Source: Olavius algarvensis Delta 4 endosymbiont
GTDB taxonomy: Bacteria; Desulfobacterota; Desulfobacteria; Desulfobacterales; CAJINA01
DNA length: 64,000 nucleotides
Reading direction: 5' to 3'
NCBI GenBank assembly: GCA_905176665.1
Contig: CAJINA010000008.1
Span: 276-64,275, forward strand
Position 1 is the first letter of the stretch. Each line of letters begins with the position of its first letter. The notes below the pieces were generated by a model that was given only the letters and a program-made list of their open reading frames with translations, made no database searches and was not told where the DNA came from. Positions 27,913 through 36,820 of the stretch are shown piece after piece. A program made the translations under genes and the position numbers.

Positions 27913-29156
27913 GTCTTGAGGAGCTCTTTGCGCAGTTTGTTCATGGCCACAGCGGCAAACAGTAGTTTGTTCTGTTCCCGGTTCCGCACGGGGAAATGAT
28001 ACGTGAACCCCTGCGAGGTCTCCGGCGTGGCCAGGCCCACACATAACGTACCGACCGGCTTTTCCGCGGTGCCGCCACCAGGGCCGGCAATCCCGCTGGT
28101 GGCGATGACATAGTCCGAGCCCGACACCTCCCGGGCGCCCAGGGCCATATGGCGGGCGGTTTCCGCGTGCACGGCCCCATGTTTATGCAAAATGGCGGCG
28201 GGCACATTTAAAATCTGTTCCTTGGCGGCATTGGCGTAGGTGACCCCGGAGAATAAAAAGTAGTCAGAACTGCCGGGTACGTCGGTCAATTGACTGGCGA
28301 TGAGACCGCCCGTGCAGCTTTCAGCTACCGCGACAGTGGCGTTTTTCGATACCAGCATATTCCCCAGGGACTCGGCCAGGGATTGACCGTCAGTTGAAAA
28401 GACGGTGTCTCCCAGACAGGTACACACCTGTTCCTGGGCAGCCGCAATCTGGCGGTCCAATTCGTGCGGATCGGCACTGCGGCCGTATAATTTAACCTGG
28501 ATGAAAGGAAACGAAGCGCGCAGTCCCAAACGGAGTAGGGGAAACTGATCGGGAATGGCAGCGATTTTCTCGTCTACAACCGATTCGGGCAAACCGAACG
28601 TGCAGATGGTTTTCACGGTGGTTGTCAAATGCTGTTCGCCTCTGATCTGGACAACTGCCGGCAGAACGCTGTCTGCCAACATGCGCCGCATTTCATGGGG
28701 CACCCCGGGCATGAAATAGAAGACACACCGGTCGATTTTTAGCTGAAACCCAGGTGCGGTTCCCACCGGGTTGACAATACTGACAGCGGTTTCCGGCAGA
28801 TAGGCCTGCTTGCGGTTTTGCGGGCTCATGGGCAGTTTCCGCGCTGTGAAGAAAGCGGACACTGTCTCCAGGGCGGCTGGGTCAAGCTGAAGTTCAACCC
28901 CCTTTGCCTCTGCCGCCGCCTGGCTGGTGATATCGTCCATGGTCGGACCCAAACCACCGGTAACAAGGGCGATATCGGCCCGGGCGGCAGTTTCCAGCAG
29001 CAGGCTCCGCATCTGGTCCAGGTCATCGCCCACACACACATGCCTGGACACCTCAACCCCTATTTCTTCAATTTTATCAGAAATATAGGCGCTATTTCGA
29101 TCTACCAGCGCGCCGGTCCTGATTTCATCTCCGGTTGCAATGATGTCTGCGATCAT
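27906..29156 (-). CDS. cinA: Competence/damage-inducible CinA (MoCF-like + NMN deamidase PncC domain)
   Basis: ATGDEI, TGGLGPTMDDIT, GTAPG, PGVPHEM, AESCTGG, SGIAGPGGG. Confidence 0.95.
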   Translation of the reverse strand: MIADIIATGDEIRTGALVDRNSAYISDKIEEIGVEVSRHVCVGDDLDQMRSLLLETAARADIALVTGGLGPTMDDITSQAAAEAKGVELQLDPAALETVSAFFTARKLPMSPQNRKQAYLPETAVSIVNPVGTAPGFQLKIDRCVFYFMPGVPHEMRRMLADSVLPAVVQIRGEQHLTTTVKTICTFGLPESVVDEKIAAIPDQFPLLRLGLRASFPFIQVKLYGRSADPHELDRQIAAAQEQVCTCLGDTVFSTDGQSLAESLGNMLVSKNATVAVAESCTGGLIASQLTDVPGSSDYFLFSGVTYANAAKEQILNVPAAILHKHGAVHAETARHMALGAREVSGSDYVIATSGIAGPGGGTAEKPVGTLCVGLATPETSQGFTYHFPVRNREQNKLLFAAVAMNKLRKELLKTC

Positions 29157-29198
29157 GAGGCCATCCTTACCCTTGTTTGCAAGTCCTTGCTTGTTTTC

Positions 29199-29216
29199 CG
29201 GTCATACAACTGTCAC
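29199..29216 (+). promoter_or_regulatory. Pho-box-like direct repeat
   Basis: CGGTCATACAACTGTCAC matches the E. coli PhoB consensus CTGTCATAWAWCTGTCAY at 16/18 positions. Confidence 0.4.
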
Positions 29217-29282
29217 AGTCATAAAACAACTTTTTTTCCTGAAAAATCAATATAGTCGCCCGATTTTGATTTGGCAGACAGG

Positions 29283-29311
29283 TTGACAATCGGTATTTGC
29301 TTTTATACTTT
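29283..29311 (+). promoter_or_regulatory. Putative sigma70 promoter for the lipoprotein operon
   Basis: TTGACA-17 bp-TACTTT. Confidence 0.45.
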
Positions 29312-29330
29312 AGCGGGTATGGAATACTTA

Positions 29331-29474
29331 TAGAAGCTATCGCAAAAAAGTCTTCTTGTCGGGCGAAGCTCGTAGGGCGAAGACTGATTGGCCCAATCTT
29401 CAGCCTTCGCCGAAGCTGTAGCTGGCAGAGCGTAGACGGAACCTTGACCAAAATCCCTTTTGACCTAGCTTCTA
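29331..29474. mobile_element. Miniature inverted-repeat element, family A variant
   Basis: tagaagcta ... tagcttcta termini; internal aaaaagtctt and ccttgaccaaaatcc shared with family A. Confidence 0.75.
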
Positions 29475-29502
29475 TTAACCTCGTTTATGGAAGGAAATCG
29501 TC

Positions 29503-30123
29503 ATGCGGACCAAACAATGCCTAAAAGCAGCGGCGGCGGCCGCGGTTATCCTCTCCCTTTTCATGTTCAGCGGATGTGCATCCACCAAGGTCGATCGCAT
29601 CGACGTAGATGAGACCGTTGATCTTTCCGGCCAGTGGAACGACACGGATTCCCGCCTCGTTTCCGAAGAGATGATCAAAGATGTCATGAGCCGCAGCTGG
29701 CTTGATAGATACAAGCGCGCCAACAGCGGACACACACCGGCCGTGATTGTCGGCTCCGTTCGCAATCGCAGCGACGAGCATATCAATACCCGCACCTTCG
29801 TCAAGGATCTGGAGCGGGCCCTGGTCAATTCCGGCGAGATCGACTTCGTGGCCAGCAGTGGTGAACGTGGAGAACTCCGTGAAGAACGGGTGGACCAGGC
29901 CGCGCATGCTTCGGAGGAAACCGCGAAAGAGGAAGGACAGGAAATCGGCGCGGATTTCATGCTGCAGGGCTCAATCAATACGATCACCGACCGGATCGAA
30001 GGCAAACAGGTGAAATATTACCAGGTCAATCTTGAGCTGGTGCAGATCGAGAATCATAAAAAGGTCTGGCTTGGGGAGAAGAAAATCAAGAAATTCGTAA
30101 AAAAAAGCCGGTTCGGATTCTAG
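29503..30123 (+). CDS. LpoB-like lipoprotein (PBP activator family)
   Basis: Lipobox FSGC, DLSGQWNDTD, VRNRSDEHI, GADFMLQGSI, YQVNLELV..VW. Confidence 0.82.
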   Translation: MRTKQCLKAAAAAAVILSLFMFSGCASTKVDRIDVDETVDLSGQWNDTDSRLVSEEMIKDVMSRSWLDRYKRANSGHTPAVIVGSVRNRSDEHINTRTFVKDLERALVNSGEIDFVASSGERGELREERVDQAAHASEETAKEEGQEIGADFMLQGSINTITDRIEGKQVKYYQVNLELVQIENHKKVWLGEKKIKKFVKKSRFGF

Positions 30124-30130
30124 TCCAATC

Positions 30131-31459
30131 ATGCCCCGCCTGATCCCGGCCAACCTGGTCCTGCTTACCTGGGGCCTTCTGTTGCTCAGCGGCTGTGCCC
30201 ACCGACTGGATTACAACCGCTTGTACGCGCAGCTGCAAAATGGTGAGTGCCGGGCGGCAACCCTCCATATCGAAAGCAGCCGCGACAACTACGGCAGCAA
30301 TGCCCAATTGCTCTACCTGCTGGATGCGGCCATGGTACACCTCCAGTGTGGAAATTTCGAAGCTGCCCAGAAAAATTTTCACGCTGCCGAGCGCCTGGCG
30401 GAATCACTGTGGACGGAGAGTCTCAGCCGGCAGACTGCCTCACTGGTAACCAATGAGTATCTTCTGAAATATCCAGGAGAGGATTACGAGCGCGCCCTGA
30501 TCAATATGATGTCGGCCCTCGGCTATCTGCAGAGTGAAGCGTTTGATGATGCCCTGGTCGAGATCCGGCGGCTCGATTCGCTGCTCTCGCTCTTCAATGA
30601 AAAATATGAAAAAAAGAACGTTTACAAAGAAGATGCGTTCGGCCGCTACCTCAGCGGCATTCTCCACGAAGCCGACAATGCCCTCGATGATGCCTTTATC
30701 GACTATCGCAAGGCGTTGATCACCTATCGCGATTACGAAAACTATTACGGTACCCCGGCGCCGGCAGCTTTGATCGAAGATCTGTATCGGGTTGCGGCGG
30801 CCGTGGATCGAATGGAAGACGTAGAACGCCTGCTGCCCGGGGACAGCCGGCAGCGACGGCAGGCACCTTCCCCCAACCGCGACATGGGTAAAATCGTTTT
30901 CCTGCAGCTCAGCGGGCGCGCGCCGGCCAAAACGCAGGGACAGGTGGTGGTGCCTACGTCCGGCGGTCCCGTGTCGATCGCCTACCCGCGGCTGCTGCTC
31001 CTGCCACCGGCCTGCAGCGAACATCGGGTGACCCTCACCTCACCGGACGTAGTGATCGTTGCCACCCTGGATCTGGTGGAAGATATCGGCCGGATCGCGC
31101 TTAAGAACCTGGAGGACAAAAAGGGGCGGATCATGGCCAAGACCATTGCCCGGGCGGTGGCCAAGCAGGTGATCATCGAAGGGCTGGCCAACAGCAGTGA
31201 CCAAGAGGCCGCCATGGCCGTGCGGACGGCCCTGAATATCGCCAACTTGTTTCTGGAACAAGCCGACACCCGGTCATGGCGGACGCTGCCCGGACAGATT
31301 TACATGGACCGCCTGTTCATTCCGCCCGGAGAATACACGGTTCAAAGTGCCGCGTGCGGCGGTAGCCCCCACAAATTGCAAAATATTCTGGTGAAGGCCG
31401 GAAAAACGCATTATATTGTACATGATGACCGCTTTTTAAAACCGGTCGCGATCGAATGA
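30131..31459 (+). CDS. COG3014-like TPR lipoprotein
   Basis: Lipobox LSGC, YPGEDYE, ALVEIRR, ADTRSWRTLP. Confidence 0.8.
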   Translation: MPRLIPANLVLLTWGLLLLSGCAHRLDYNRLYAQLQNGECRAATLHIESSRDNYGSNAQLLYLLDAAMVHLQCGNFEAAQKNFHAAERLAESLWTESLSRQTASLVTNEYLLKYPGEDYERALINMMSALGYLQSEAFDDALVEIRRLDSLLSLFNEKYEKKNVYKEDAFGRYLSGILHEADNALDDAFIDYRKALITYRDYENYYGTPAPAALIEDLYRVAAAVDRMEDVERLLPGDSRQRRQAPSPNRDMGKIVFLQLSGRAPAKTQGQVVVPTSGGPVSIAYPRLLLLPPACSEHRVTLTSPDVVIVATLDLVEDIGRIALKNLEDKKGRIMAKTIARAVAKQVIIEGLANSSDQEAAMAVRTALNIANLFLEQADTRSWRTLPGQIYMDRLFIPPGEYTVQSAACGGSPHKLQNILVKAGKTHYIVHDDRFLKPVAIE

Positions 31460-31467
31460 GGTAGTCC

Positions 31468-32478
31468 ATGCGAACAACATTCGCCCCTATACTGGTATTG
31501 CTGCTGTTTGTAATCAACGGTTGTGCTTCAGGCGGGAAAGAGGCTCCGGCTTTGGAAGCAGACCTTTTTCCGGAGTCCCGGTTTCTCACCGCTGAAGGCA
31601 CGGGTGAAACGGAACTGGAAGCCCGGCGCGAGGCCCTGGCGGCTCTTTCCGGTATCTTCGAATCCAAAGTACATGCCGAAACCACCTCCCGGGCCCGCTC
31701 CGCCATCGGCACCGGCGGAGACGAGGTGTTTGAAAAGCAGGTTGAATCAAGGGTGGCGGTTGTTTCCACGGTGCAGCTCACCGGGGCCAAAATAGGCCGG
31801 GTCTGGCGGTTGGAAACCGGCGCCGCACCCTATCACGCCCTGGCCGTTTTGGATCGCAACCAGGCCGGGCGGAAGTGGGCGGCCGAGCTGGCTACCGTCC
31901 AGGCCCTGGTAGCCGCCGAACTGAAAACTTTGGAACAGACATCCGGACGGGTGCAGCGCCTGGCGGCCCTCAACAAAGTCCTGGCCGGTCTGCTCCGTGA
32001 GCAGGCCCTGGAGAGCCGCCTGCGCGTATTGAACTACCCTGCCCGGGCGATGCTTGACGCGGATATGGATAAAATCGCCACGGAACTGATTCAATTGCGT
32101 TCCGAGGTCAGGCTTTTCATCGAGCTTTACGGCGACGGGCATGCATCAGCGACAGCCCGCATTGCCGACAAACTCACGACGAACGGGTTCCTGCTCAGCG
32201 CTGAGCGGCATAGCGCCGACGCGGTGATTACCGGGAGCATCAAAACCCGGCCCCTGGAACTCAATAACCCCCGGGCCAAGTTTGTCAGGGCCACGGCAAC
32301 GGTCAAGGTAATCGAAACCGATACCGGAGCGACCCTGGCCAATGTGATTGCCGATGTACGCAAAGCCCATGTGGATCCCAACGAAGCCCAGCGCAACGCG
32401 ATACGGCAGGTTGCGGACACCCTGGCCGAACGACTGACGGCCGCCATTGGTTTCAGTGCGCCGGCAGGCATGCAGTAA
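31468..32478 (+). CDS. LPP20-domain lipoprotein
   Basis: Lipobox INGC, LTAEGTG..ARREALAALSGIFESKV. Confidence 0.72.
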   Translation: MRTTFAPILVLLLFVINGCASGGKEAPALEADLFPESRFLTAEGTGETELEARREALAALSGIFESKVHAETTSRARSAIGTGGDEVFEKQVESRVAVVSTVQLTGAKIGRVWRLETGAAPYHALAVLDRNQAGRKWAAELATVQALVAAELKTLEQTSGRVQRLAALNKVLAGLLREQALESRLRVLNYPARAMLDADMDKIATELIQLRSEVRLFIELYGDGHASATARIADKLTTNGFLLSAERHSADAVITGSIKTRPLELNNPRAKFVRATATVKVIETDTGATLANVIADVRKAHVDPNEAQRNAIRQVADTLAERLTAAIGFSAPAGMQ

Positions 32479-32585
32479 GTGCTGGAACAGCCTGTGGAAA
32501 AGAACTTCCACCGGCATTCCAACAAACAAAATTACGGTACGCTCAGCACAACCTATCCGGGCGACAGTGAAAAAAGGAGGTCCTT

Positions 32586-33167
32586 ATGCTAAAACGCTTA
32601 TCCCTGTTGCTGCTGGCCCTGGCGGTCGGAGGACTGCTGGTGGCCGGCTGCGGCAAAAAAGTCAAAAAAATCGACAACGAGGCCCTCGAAGCGGAATTCA
32701 AACACGCCCCGGCCTGGGTACTGGGCAATTATGAAGAGGGCAGCATCTCTGCTGTGGGTTCGGCCGTCATCGGGAAATCCGGTATGCAGTTTGCCAAAAC
32801 AGAGGTCCTGGCCCTGGGACGCAATGAGCTGGCCCGGCAGACCTCCATTAAAGTAAAGGCGCTGGTCAACAATTTCGTACAGCAGACTGGACTGGGCGAC
32901 GAGCAGCTGGTGGACCGCTTTTCCAAACAGATGACCAAACAGATCACCAATGTCACCCTGTCCGGTTCCAGACAGAAAGATATGTGGATCTCGCCCAGCA
33001 AGGAGTTGTACATCCTGGTGGTCATGGATCCGGCGGCCGCCAAAGACACGGTTAGAAAAGAACTGACCACCTCTTATAAAAATGATCAGGCCCGCTGGCA
33101 GGAATTCAAAGCCAAGAACGGCGAGGCGGAGCTGGATCGCGAAATAGAGAAAACGTTTGGAAGGTGA
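32586..33167 (+). CDS. LPP20 family lipoprotein
   Basis: AGGAGG RBS, lipobox VAGC, APAWV, AVGSA, RNELARQ. Confidence 0.8.
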   Translation: MLKRLSLLLLALAVGGLLVAGCGKKVKKIDNEALEAEFKHAPAWVLGNYEEGSISAVGSAVIGKSGMQFAKTEVLALGRNELARQTSIKVKALVNNFVQQTGLGDEQLVDRFSKQMTKQITNVTLSGSRQKDMWISPSKELYILVVMDPAAAKDTVRKELTTSYKNDQARWQEFKAKNGEAELDREIEKTFGR

Positions 33168-33168
33168 T

Positions 33169-33223
33169 CAGACTGAAGGCTGAAGACTGAAGGGTCCTGC
33201 TAATAGTCTTCAGTCTTCAGCCT
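33169..33223. repeat. Inverted heptamer array cassette, family C (possible bidirectional terminator)
   Basis: gactgaaggctgaagactgaag ... gtcttcagtcttcagcct between convergent genes. Confidence 0.8.
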
Positions 33224-33230
33224 AAAACCC

Positions 33231-34403
33231 TCAAGTGCCCCATACCCCCGGAATACCCGTGTCGCAGTATTCACATTTGCCATTTACGATGTGAAACGCG
33301 GCAATGCGGTATCCCCGCCTGCGGATGATGACTTCACGACACTGATGACAACGGGTGTTGTTGCCCGGGTGACCCGGTACGTTGCCCAGGTAGACATACC
33401 GAATGCCTGCCTGGAGGGCAATTTCCCGAAACTCCTCCAGGGTGGAAACCGGCGTCGGCGCCAGCCGGTCGAGCTTGTATTGCGGAAAAAAACGGGAGAA
33501 ATGCAGTGGATAGTCTGTCCCGAGGTTTTCCAGAATCCAGCCGCACATGCGTTTGACCATATCCGGATCATCCACATAGCCCGGCACCACCAGGTTCGTC
33601 ATTTCGAAGTGCACCCCGTGGGCATGCAGTGTTTTGAATGTCGCGAGCACCGGTTCCAGTCGGGCGCCGTTGAGGCGGCGATACAGGGCATCGCTGAAGG
33701 ACTTTAAATTGATATTGGCCCCGTCAATGACCCGGCAGAGATCCTCCAGGGGCTTCTGGTTAATATAACCCGCCGATATTAAGACATTTTTAAGGCCTGC
33801 CGTTTTCGCGGCCCGCGCGCTGTCCAAGGTGTATTCGTAGAAAGTGACTGGTTCGGAGTAGGTATACGCCACCGAGACACAATCCATTTTCAGGGCGGTC
33901 CGGGACACATCCTCCGGGAACAGGTCGGCATGGCGCGCCTCGTGGGGCTTTTTCTGGGAGATTTCCCAATTCTGGCAATTCAGGCAGCGCAGGTTGCAGC
34001 CGGTCGTGGCAATGGAAAAACTGCGGGTGCCCGGCATAAAATGGTAGAGCGGTTTTTTTTCGATTGGATCCACGTGCACAGCACATGGATTGCCGTAAAC
34101 AAGGCTGTACAGGGTGCCGTCAATATTCACCCGGGAACGGCAGATGCTCCGATCTCCCGGTGCCAGGATACAGGTGTGGGGACAAATACCGCAAATGGTC
34201 TGTTCGTCGGCCGCTTTCTGGTAGTGGTAGGCCTCCCGCGACCATTTCCAAAGTTTGGCGGGCGCATCGGACTTGAAGACGTGCCCCCGTATGTCCTGCC
34301 CTGCCCCGGCTTCGGCAACCAGGGGCCGGGCCGCCTGAAACGGCAATTGAGCGCACAATGCCGCAGCGCTGCAGTACATAAATTGTCGTCGGGATAGCTT
34401 CAT
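33231..34403 (-). CDS. amrS: AmmeMemoRadiSam system radical SAM enzyme with Tat-like N-terminus
   Basis: CGICPHTC, DPIEKKPLYHFMPG, GCNLRCLNCQNWEISQ, YTYSEP, HFSRFFPQY, YVYLGNV; SRRQFM at the N-terminus. Confidence 0.93.
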   Translation of the reverse strand: MKLSRRQFMYCSAAALCAQLPFQAARPLVAEAGAGQDIRGHVFKSDAPAKLWKWSREAYHYQKAADEQTICGICPHTCILAPGDRSICRSRVNIDGTLYSLVYGNPCAVHVDPIEKKPLYHFMPGTRSFSIATTGCNLRCLNCQNWEISQKKPHEARHADLFPEDVSRTALKMDCVSVAYTYSEPVTFYEYTLDSARAAKTAGLKNVLISAGYINQKPLEDLCRVIDGANINLKSFSDALYRRLNGARLEPVLATFKTLHAHGVHFEMTNLVVPGYVDDPDMVKRMCGWILENLGTDYPLHFSRFFPQYKLDRLAPTPVSTLEEFREIALQAGIRYVYLGNVPGHPGNNTRCHQCREVIIRRRGYRIAAFHIVNGKCEYCDTGIPGVWGT

Positions 34404-34418
34404 GGGTGAATTGCTTTC

Positions 34419-34711
34419 GCAATTGGCTATTGGCTGTTAGCTATTAGCCTTTTAAGAGCAAGCCTTGGCCTAAATTTCAACTCCTACACCAAGTGTATCT
34501 ATCTTTAGAACGAAGGTGTCGGTTTTAGCTTACACCTAACAGCTAACGGCTAATAGCTTATTATTTTGCAATTGGCTATTGGCTGTTAGCATTTAGCTAT
34601 TAGCCTTTTATGAGCAAGCCTTGGCCTAAATTTCAACTCCTACACCAAGTGTATCTATCTTTAGACCGAAGGTGTCAATTATTTAAGCGAACACCTAACA
34701 GCTAATAGCTA
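34419..34711. repeat. Tandem duplication of a ~145-bp unit bounded by inverted TAGCTAT-type heptamer arrays
   Basis: Units 34419-34560 and 34568-34711 share gagcaagccttggcctaaatttcaactcctacaccaagtgtatctatctttaga. Confidence 0.9.
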
Positions 34712-36820
34712 ATCGCTTCGTACGGGCCTAAGCCCGACGACCATCAAACTGGACACCTTCACACCGATCAATACCAAGAGCGTTCCGGCCAGACCCAGGT
34801 AGGGAATCAACAGCACACTGACCAGCAGGGCGCCACAGGCCGCTCCGATAAGATCCGCAGAAAACGCATAGGCGACCCGGCTCTGATCCTCTCCTCCGGT
34901 TTTGAGGGCCAGGGGGAACTGGCAGCCGCATAGGATTGAGACGCAGAATCCAAAAAGCAGCAGGGAACCACTGGACGGCTGGGCGTTTTCCGGCAGTATC
35001 ATGGCAGCCAGGAGGAGACAAAGTGTGATCAGCAGGCCGTCGGTCCACTTGAGCGCCCGAGCCGCCTGCCGCCTGAGTTTATGGCCCAGCAAAGCCCCGG
35101 GCAGCAACCCGGCCAGAAAGATGGTCACGATCAGGCTGACCTGGGAATAAATGTAACCAAAAAAGATCTGAAAGGCAAAAATAACCATGATCTCGGTGCC
35201 CATGGTCATGAATCCGGTGCTGAACAGTAGATATTCTTCCTGCGACATCCGGAAGGCGTAACCGGCCAGCAGGACGCCCAGGATCAGGTATAACCAGTGG
35301 GGGGAGGTGGCAAATTTAGCAAACCAGCGGTCAAACGCCAGGCGCATGAGATATGGATCGGTATCCCGGTTCAGCGGAATGTCGGTTAAAATATGTTGGG
35401 AGAGGTCCGTGATGCGCTCGGCGGAAATATTGCCGTAAAAATAGCCGGCCACGTAATCGGTCTGAATACCCTTTTGTTCCAACCGGCCGGGGATATCCAC
35501 GTCCAGGGGATCGTCACTGCAGATGAAAAAGATCCTGCTCCCCTGCAGCAACAAGACATGGGCAAACTGCATGCGCACCGTGCGATGCAGTGAAGAGACG
35601 AAACGCTGCCGGGTTTCGCTGAGGTAGTTGGCATAGCCCTCGACGGAAAAGCTCAAGATTCCCGCCGCTTTTAAACGTTTTTTTACCAGACGGTAGAAAG
35701 CAGCGGTATAATAACGATTGGCCTGAAACGTTTCCGGATCGGAAATATTGACGATCACGACATCATAGCGTTTAGCGGTGCCGGCCAGGTAGGCGCGTCC
35801 ATCCTGGCGGATTAAATTTAACCCTTTGATATTTTTTAACAATTTAAATCGTAAGTGGGCATCTGTAATGACAGGGTTGAGTTCCACGTAGTCTACGACC
35901 AGGGGTTGATATTTCTCCAGTTCCTTGAACATGCCGCCGCCGGCCGAAATGATCAGGACTTCGGCCGGAGACCGGGTCTGGGACATGGGATAGTGTATGG
36001 CTGCCTCGGCGGCGGCCACATCCAGGCTGCTACTCAGCGGGGCACCGTCATGGAAAATGGTCACTTGCTCCCGGTCTTGAACCGCGGTCACCCGGCCGAA
36101 GCGCGATTCCTGGTACCAGGCCAGCTGGCCTTTGGTTGGTTGGAGGGACGGTATTTCCCACCATAGTCCGGCCGCCAGGCCCAGCGCTGCGGCGATGGCC
36201 GCAAAGCCTGCAGTCAGCGCGGCCTTTTCGCCTTGCCGGCCAACACTGTAGGCAGCCAGCACGAGGATCCCGGAGGCGGCTGCCATGGCCTGCAGGGGCG
36301 TGCACAGGAAAATCAAGACAAAAGCAAACAGGGCCCCACCGGCACAATCCCCGATATTGTCGAACATGTAGACCTTCGTGCCTGCGTAGCCTGGATCACC
36401 GGATCTTAAAACAGCAAGGGTATAGGGCAGTATGAAACCGACCAGGACACCATAGGGCCCCAGGGTCACAAAGACGAATGCAAAGGTCTGATAAAAACCG
36501 GTGGAGACCCCCGGGGTAAAAATGACATCCCGGCCCAGCCGGATGGCCAGAAGCGTCGCCATCGGCAGAACCGCCGTGAACAGGGAGAGCCAAGCCAGCC
36601 GGCCGATAGCGGCTGGCAAGAAACGCTTGTCGATCAGGGTGGAGAGCAAACTGCCCAGGCCACCGAGCAGCAGCCAGGCAAAGAAGATCAGGGCAATCAC
36701 GTATTCGTTGCCCTGAAACCGAGTCAGATACTCGCGGATGATCAGAAGTTGGGAAACAACCGAAGATATGCCCGTGGCCACAACCAGGGCGGCCAGGTGT
36801 TTTTCAGGGTTCCTCTTCAA
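34709..36820 (-). CDS. Membrane protein with spermidine-synthase-like (SAM-fold) soluble domain
   Basis: ~7 N-terminal and ~6 C-terminal TMs flanking ESRFGRV, VDYVELNP, DGRAYL, YDVVIVN, YYTAAFY. Confidence 0.82.
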   Translation of the reverse strand: MKRNPEKHLAALVVATGISSVVSQLLIIREYLTRFQGNEYVIALIFFAWLLLGGLGSLLSTLIDKRFLPAAIGRLAWLSLFTAVLPMATLLAIRLGRDVIFTPGVSTGFYQTFAFVFVTLGPYGVLVGFILPYTLAVLRSGDPGYAGTKVYMFDNIGDCAGGALFAFVLIFLCTPLQAMAAASGILVLAAYSVGRQGEKAALTAGFAAIAAALGLAAGLWWEIPSLQPTKGQLAWYQESRFGRVTAVQDREQVTIFHDGAPLSSSLDVAAAEAAIHYPMSQTRSPAEVLIISAGGGMFKELEKYQPLVVDYVELNPVITDAHLRFKLLKNIKGLNLIRQDGRAYLAGTAKRYDVVIVNISDPETFQANRYYTAAFYRLVKKRLKAAGILSFSVEGYANYLSETRQRFVSSLHRTVRMQFAHVLLLQGSRIFFICSDDPLDVDIPGRLEQKGIQTDYVAGYFYGNISAERITDLSQHILTDIPLNRDTDPYLMRLAFDRWFAKFATSPHWLYLILGVLLAGYAFRMSQEEYLLFSTGFMTMGTEIMVIFAFQIFFGYIYSQVSLIVTIFLAGLLPGALLGHKLRRQAARALKWTDGLLITLCLLLAAMILPENAQPSSGSLLLFGFCVSILCGCQFPLALKTGGEDQSRVAYAFSADLIGAACGALLVSVLLIPYLGLAGTLLVLIGVKVSSLMVVGLRPVRSD

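Noticed and set aside
34419-34711. Possible CRISPR array
   Set aside because: Two long near-identical units with no unique spacers and no cas genes.
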